Below are positions 8,771 to 20,000 of a stretch of 20,000 nt of DNA, piece after piece; position 1 is the first letter of the stretch; each line of letters starts with the position of its first letter. The notes beneath the pieces were generated by a model, which was given only the letters and a program-made list of their open reading frames with translations, did no database searches and was not told the origin of the DNA. A program made the position numbers and the translations under genes. Source of the DNA: an uncultured virus (IMG/VR IMGVR_UViG_3300020179_002709) (lineage: Duplodnaviria; Heunggongvirae; Uroviricota; Caudoviricetes). The stretch covers positions 54,504 to 74,503 of the IMG/VR virus record IMGVR_UViG_3300020179_002709. One strand, given 5' to 3'.

Positions 8771-10783
8771 ATGTCAGAGACCATACTCCAAATTAAACGC
8801 AGTACCACAACATCAGTACCTGCAAATCTACAACCCGGAGAATTAGCATATACCAGTAACGGACAAGTTCTATTTGTTGGAAGTCCGGAAGGGTCTAATA
8901 CTGCTAACGTTATAGCTATTGCCGGGGAAAGATTTCCCGGAGTCTTAACTGCTAATCAAGCGTTAGTCTCTAATACCTCAGCCTGGATTGACAATATTCA
9001 AACAGCCAAGTTAATACTTGGACCTGTAGGAACATCAACAAACGTAACCTCTATTGTAACGGATAGCTCTCTAGCAAGCGTTTCAAATAATACATTAGCA
9101 ACTGCCTGGGCTGTTAAAACCTATATTGATACACAGGCCGGCTCTTCTACACTCGGCGGTCTTTCTGATGTAACAATAACCTCTGCTGGCAATAATCAAA
9201 TATTAGTATACGATGCAATTAGTGGCCAGTGGGAAAATCATTCAATTTCTGGAACTGCAAATGAAGTAGAAGTTACATTTGATGGACAAGACATAACAGT
9301 TGGACTGCCTGATGCTGTAACAGTAACATCATCTATTACTGTTGGTACCGTTGGAATAAATGGATCATCTTTCCATGTTGGTAACAGCACTGTTAACACA
9401 TTTATCAATTCTACAGCGGTAGCAATTGACGGGGTATTCTCAGCTGGCAATACAACAATTAATGGATCAGCAACCATTACTGGTGAGTTGATTTTAGGTT
9501 CTAACCTCAGCGTTAATACTACTCATATCTCTGTCGGTAACAGCACGGTTAATACAACCATTAACGCTGTTAGTATTGATACAGATGGTATTTTAAATGT
9601 AGAAGGCACTGCAAGACTCGGTAACACAACGATTGTAGGCTGGGCTAATGTTTCAGATACAATAGCTGTAGGTGCAAACGTTGTTGTTAATACAGCAGGA
9701 ATTTCAATTGGAAATTCTACAGTTAACGCACAAATTTATTCTGCTAACGTTAATTTAAACGGTACGCGTTTACACGTTGGTGATGCAACAAACAATACTG
9801 TAATTACTGGGGTAGGAATAACTGCCACCGGCAACGTTAATATCACCGGATCAGCTAACGTCGGATCTCATATTCACGTTGGTTCGAACCTACAGATTAA
9901 TACGTCGACAATTACTTTAGGCAACTCTTCAGTTAACACGACGATTACATCCTCGTTTATAACTGTCAACACAGTATCTACTTCTAACGTATATGTTACC
10001 GGTAATGCTCAAATAACTGGCGATTTAAGAGCAGATAATGATGTAAGACTAGGTTCAAACCATACAGATGCAATTTCAATTCTTGGAGCTGTTAATACTA
10101 GTGTTGTTCCATTCAGTAATACCACATACGACTTAGGTAGTGCAACTCAGCAATGGGCTAATGTATACGGTAATAATATTATCGGGATGTATGGCACGTT
10201 CCATAACGATGTAAGCATTAGTGGAAACCTTACAGTCACTGGTTCTTTAGTAACAATTAACGTTTCAACATTATCAATCGTTGACCCGTTAATTCAACTT
10301 GCATCTAATAATACTGTAAGTGATGCTATCGACATTGGTTTCTTTGGCTCGTTTAACGTAGGTGGTGGCAATCACGAACACGCCGGTTTATTCCGTGATG
10401 CTACTGACGGCAAATTTAAATTATTTACTAATTTAGAGCCATCGCCAACTACCACAGTTGACACATCAAATAACACCTACACTGTTGCTACGTTAAATGC
10501 ATTCTTAGAGTCAGGTGCATTTATATCTAATAGCTCAGGTGTTACAATTACTGCAAACTCTTCCTCTGCAGTTAATATAACAGCTAACTCATTAAGTTTA
10601 AGCACCGCGCTAACAGTTCCAAATGGCGGTACAGGTCAAGCAACATTTACTAACAATGCTGTTCTATTAGGCAATACAGCCGGAGCATTGAAATCTGTTT
10701 CAAGCTCAACACAAGGGCACGTATTACAGATTAATGGCTCAGGCGTTCCTACATTCGCAATGCTTGACGGAGGCACGTTCTGA
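8771..10783 (+). CDS. Tail fibre protein (670 aa) with Mtd-N-like N-terminal domain and beta-rich repeats
   Basis: N-terminal LQIKRS...P.NLQPGELAY, repeated xGNS(T/S)VN units, YDLGS...W, the DPLIQLA...DIGF...HAGLFRDATDG.F.LF module, VPNGGTG, and C-terminal LDGGTF. Confidence 0.8.
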   Translation: MSETILQIKRSTTTSVPANLQPGELAYTSNGQVLFVGSPEGSNTANVIAIAGERFPGVLTANQALVSNTSAWIDNIQTAKLILGPVGTSTNVTSIVTDSSLASVSNNTLATAWAVKTYIDTQAGSSTLGGLSDVTITSAGNNQILVYDAISGQWENHSISGTANEVEVTFDGQDITVGLPDAVTVTSSITVGTVGINGSSFHVGNSTVNTFINSTAVAIDGVFSAGNTTINGSATITGELILGSNLSVNTTHISVGNSTVNTTINAVSIDTDGILNVEGTARLGNTTIVGWANVSDTIAVGANVVVNTAGISIGNSTVNAQIYSANVNLNGTRLHVGDATNNTVITGVGITATGNVNITGSANVGSHIHVGSNLQINTSTITLGNSSVNTTITSSFITVNTVSTSNVYVTGNAQITGDLRADNDVRLGSNHTDAISILGAVNTSVVPFSNTTYDLGSATQQWANVYGNNIIGMYGTFHNDVSISGNLTVTGSLVTINVSTLSIVDPLIQLASNNTVSDAIDIGFFGSFNVGGGNHEHAGLFRDATDGKFKLFTNLEPSPTTTVDTSNNTYTVATLNAFLESGAFISNSSGVTITANSSSAVNITANSLSLSTALTVPNGGTGQATFTNNAVLLGNTAGALKSVSSSTQGHVLQINGSGVPTFAMLDGGTF

Positions 10784-10810
10784 TATTATAATTGAGTTTT
10801 AAGGATTGTA

Positions 10811-11011
10811 ATGGAAACTGAATTTATTAATGCTTTTATTGATAAGCAAAGAAAACTAATAGAAGAGTTAGTTTCAAAAAATCTACTAGCAGAGGCAAAG
10901 ATCACTATCTTAGAAAAAAAGGTAGCTGATCTTTCCTCCCAGGTAGAATCTCTATCATCAAAATCCAATAAAAAAGAGAATGTGAAGCATGACGAAAATA
11001 CTGGTGATTAA
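10811..11011 (+). CDS. Small coiled-coil protein (66 aa), possibly a fibre assembly chaperone
   Basis: RBS AAGGA at 10801-10805 and a continuous heptad pattern. The function is inferred from position only. Confidence 0.6.
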   Translation: METEFINAFIDKQRKLIEELVSKNLLAEAKITILEKKVADLSSQVESLSSKSNKKENVKHDENTGD

Positions 11012-13001
11012 TTTATCATCCAGACCTGATAGGCTTTCTTTTATGAATCAACAGCTTTCAGGTTTAGAGTGGGAGAGAATTGATGCTCTTAATGGATATA
11101 ATCTAGGACTTAATGATTTTAAATCTCTCGGGTTTACACCCTATAGCCAATGGACTGACCCACTTTTAGGTCGCAACCATACTAACACAGATATTGCTGC
11201 AATGATCTCCCATTACCGGGCATGGGAAAAATGTATCGAATATGACTGCCCGGTTTTAATTTTAGAAGATGATGCTGAAAAAATTAATAAATTAGATTTA
11301 AATGAAATAGAAAATTTGCTTCAGACATATGATGTAGTGTATCTTGATCATAGAGAAATGGTAGAAGAAAAAACTCAGTATATTGATAAAAACTTTTTTA
11401 AGCCATACTACCCTTACTGGAATAGCGCATATGCTATTTCACCAGCAACAGCTAGAAAAATAGTAGAACTATCTAACTATAAAAATAATTTAATACCTGT
11501 AGATGAATTTTTTCCTAGCTTGTTTCTTGTTGATTATAATGAATACTGCCTATCAAAAAATAAAAATGTAATTAATAATTTTAATAGTTTACAACGCATT
11601 TTTACCGAGCATTTTAGCTTATCACCAATAGCTTATAAGAATAAAGTATTTAAACAAAAACCACGCAGTGAGCTTGGTTCTGATATTGAAAGAGGTATTT
11701 TAATGAACACAATTGAAAACTTGCACCTACTTACTGTTGCAACTGATATTACAAAACTAGGATACCTAAACAAGTCTGTTAATGAAATTGGAAATCAATT
11801 TGTTAATTTAGGACAAAATAAAATGTGGACCGGTGGTGACATGAGTAAGCCCGGCGGAGGAATGAAATTAAACCTGGTAAAAAATTATATTAAATTCCTG
11901 TCTGATAACGATATAATTTTATTTGTTGATGGATATGATGTCTTTATTAATGATGATAGGAATACTATACTTGAAAGATTTAAAGGATTTAATGTTGATG
12001 TACTTTTTGCAGCAGAAAAAAATTGCTGGCCCTCTAATGAATTAGAATCTTTCTTTCCAAAAAGCAACACTGAGTATAATTATTTAAACAGTGGTGTTTA
12101 TATCGGATACGTTCATGCATTAAAGAAATTACTTGACCAAACTATTTCAGATAGTGAAGACGATCAGTTGTTTTTACAAAAACAATATTTAAAGCAAAAA
12201 ATTCTTTCAACTGAAAGCCAAGTTAAAATAGCATTAGATCATGAAAATTATATTTTTCAATGTCTGGCTGGAGCTGAAAAAGAATTATCTATTAAAAAGA
12301 ATAAACAGATACTAAACAATGCCACAAGATGCTGCCCATGTATTCTTCACGGGAACGGAGGCAGCAGCACAAAAGCAAAATTTGATAGTTTAGTGAATGA
12401 TATTTTAAACAATAATATTTTTATCACTAGAAAGACTTCAGTTGAAATGATTCATACAACTGAATTCAATGAAATTTCTCCCGGTTCAGATATTATTGAA
12501 ATGGATTTTATGACGCCAGAAAATTGTCAAAAGCTTATAGATCTAGCAGAACAAAATGGCAAATGGGAATCTATGTACGGTGATAAATTTCCAGGTCAAG
12601 AAATAAGGATTAGAGAATTTTCTATGGACTTCTGGAATGATTTAGAAGAACACTTTAAGAATACTATTAATCCTGTGATAGAAAAACACTGGTGGCCATT
12701 AATGATGTATGGTTTGAGAGATGCTTTTATTATTAAGTACGATCAAAAAACTCAATCTAATTTAAAATGCCATCACGATGCCTCTTTAGTTTCCGGGATG
12801 GTCAAATTAAACGATGGATACACAGGTGGTGAAACTTATTTTTACAGGCAGAATTTATCAAATATAAATACTTCAGTAGGAAAAATGATTCTATGGCCTG
12901 GGCAAGTTACCCATGGACACGAAGGTAGAACGGTACATACCGGCACCAAATACAATCTTGTTATTTGGACTTCACGACATAGAAACGATATTAATTACTA
13001 A
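10989..13001 (+). CDS. Three-domain collagen-modifying enzyme: GT25 (COLGALT-like) + PLOD-like GT-A glycosyltransferase + PLOD-like 2OG-Fe(II) lysyl hydroxylase (670 aa)
   Basis: aa 1 to about 235: VINLSSRPDR, DPLLGR, SHYRAW, LILEDDA, YWNSAYAIS...ARK, IPVDEFFP. aa 239 to about 470: LLTVAT, WTGGDM...GGGMK, ILFVDGYDV, LFAAEKNCWP, YLNSGVYIG, DDQLF, LDHENYIFQ, ILHGNG. aa about 495-670: C..LI..AEQNGKW, FIIKY, HHD (12771-12779), YTGGETYF, PGQVTHGHEG, GTKY. Confidence 0.9.
   Translation: MTKILVINLSSRPDRLSFMNQQLSGLEWERIDALNGYNLGLNDFKSLGFTPYSQWTDPLLGRNHTNTDIAAMISHYRAWEKCIEYDCPVLILEDDAEKINKLDLNEIENLLQTYDVVYLDHREMVEEKTQYIDKNFFKPYYPYWNSAYAISPATARKIVELSNYKNNLIPVDEFFPSLFLVDYNEYCLSKNKNVINNFNSLQRIFTEHFSLSPIAYKNKVFKQKPRSELGSDIERGILMNTIENLHLLTVATDITKLGYLNKSVNEIGNQFVNLGQNKMWTGGDMSKPGGGMKLNLVKNYIKFLSDNDIILFVDGYDVFINDDRNTILERFKGFNVDVLFAAEKNCWPSNELESFFPKSNTEYNYLNSGVYIGYVHALKKLLDQTISDSEDDQLFLQKQYLKQKILSTESQVKIALDHENYIFQCLAGAEKELSIKKNKQILNNATRCCPCILHGNGGSSTKAKFDSLVNDILNNNIFITRKTSVEMIHTTEFNEISPGSDIIEMDFMTPENCQKLIDLAEQNGKWESMYGDKFPGQEIRIREFSMDFWNDLEEHFKNTINPVIEKHWWPLMMYGLRDAFIIKYDQKTQSNLKCHHDASLVSGMVKLNDGYTGGETYFYRQNLSNINTSVGKMILWPGQVTHGHEGRTVHTGTKYNLVIWTSRHRNDINY
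12863..12870 (+). promoter_or_regulatory. Candidate internal T4-type late promoter upstream of the 1134-aa collagen fibre gene
   Basis: TATAAATACTTC, identical over 12 nt to the promoter at 19599. It lies inside the enzyme gene about 160 nt before ATG 13028. Confidence 0.45.
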
Positions 13002-13027
13002 CAAAATTGTTAGATGGATGATGCCAC

Positions 13028-16432
<3,405 letters not shown>

Positions 16433-16439
16433 CTAACTA

Positions 16440-19587
<3,148 letters not shown>

Positions 19588-19598
19588 TAATTAAGCCG

Positions 19599-19606
19599 TA
19601 TAAATA
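19599..19606 (+). promoter_or_regulatory. T4-type late promoter (TATAAATA)
   Basis: Exact box in the intergenic gap, followed by RBS AGGAG (19618-19622) and ATG at 19628. Confidence 0.85.
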
Positions 19607-19627
19607 CTTCTAACTATAGGAGTTAAT

Positions 19628-20000
19628 ATGGGCGTTCCTTCCTCTCGCGCAGAATTCAAAGAATATTGCCTTAGAAAACTGGGCAAACCAGTTATTGAAA
19701 TCAACGTTGATGATGATCAAGTTGATGATAGGGTTGATGAAGCTCTTAAATACTTCTGGGATTATCACTTCGATGGCTCAGAAAAAGTATTTTACAAATA
19801 TAGAATTAATGGTAGTGAATCAAGTAACGCTATTAATAATATTGTAATTAACAGCGGTGGTACCGGGTACTCAAACTCTCAAACAGTCACGTTTACTGGA
19901 GGCTCTGGAGCACTTGCTAACGTATCAACTTACTCCAACGGCACAATAAAATCCCTAAATTTTACTTCCTACGGATCAGGCTACACTACTAGCTCGGCAG
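19628..20000 (+). CDS. gp13: Neck protein gp13 (T4-like), 3'-truncated; absent from the supplied ORF track
   Basis: Manual translation gives MGVPSSRAEFKEYCLRKLGKPVIEINVDDDQVDDRVDEALKYFWDYHFDGSEKVFYKY..., the typical gp13 N-terminus. The frame stays open to the window end. Confidence 0.92.
   Translation, partial: MGVPSSRAEFKEYCLRKLGKPVIEINVDDDQVDDRVDEALKYFWDYHFDGSEKVFYKYRINGSESSNAINNIVINSGGTGYSNSQTVTFTGGSGALANVSTYSNGTIKSLNFTSYGSGYTTSSA

Overview
AT-rich, all plus-strand, tightly packed late structural region of a large T4-like myovirus. Evidence: T4 late promoter boxes TATAAATA, a DUF4815/VrlC-like virion protein at the left edge, and the start of neck protein gp13 at the right edge. Between them lie several tail-fibre-like genes, three of which carry Gly-X-Y collagen tracts, with two modifying enzymes embedded among them. 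One is a stand-alone 2OG-Fe(II) hydroxylase directly after the Pro-containing collagen fibre. The other is a 670-aa three-domain enzyme (COLGALT-like GT25 + PLOD-like glycosyltransferase + PLOD-like lysyl hydroxylase) directly before a fibre whose collagen is dominated by Gly-X-Lys. The main candidate system is a phage-encoded, single-polypeptide version of the animal collagen pathway Lys -> hydroxylysine -> Gal-Hyl -> Glc-Gal-Hyl, clustered with its likely virion substrates. Family assignments come from motifs recognised by eye; no database searches were run.
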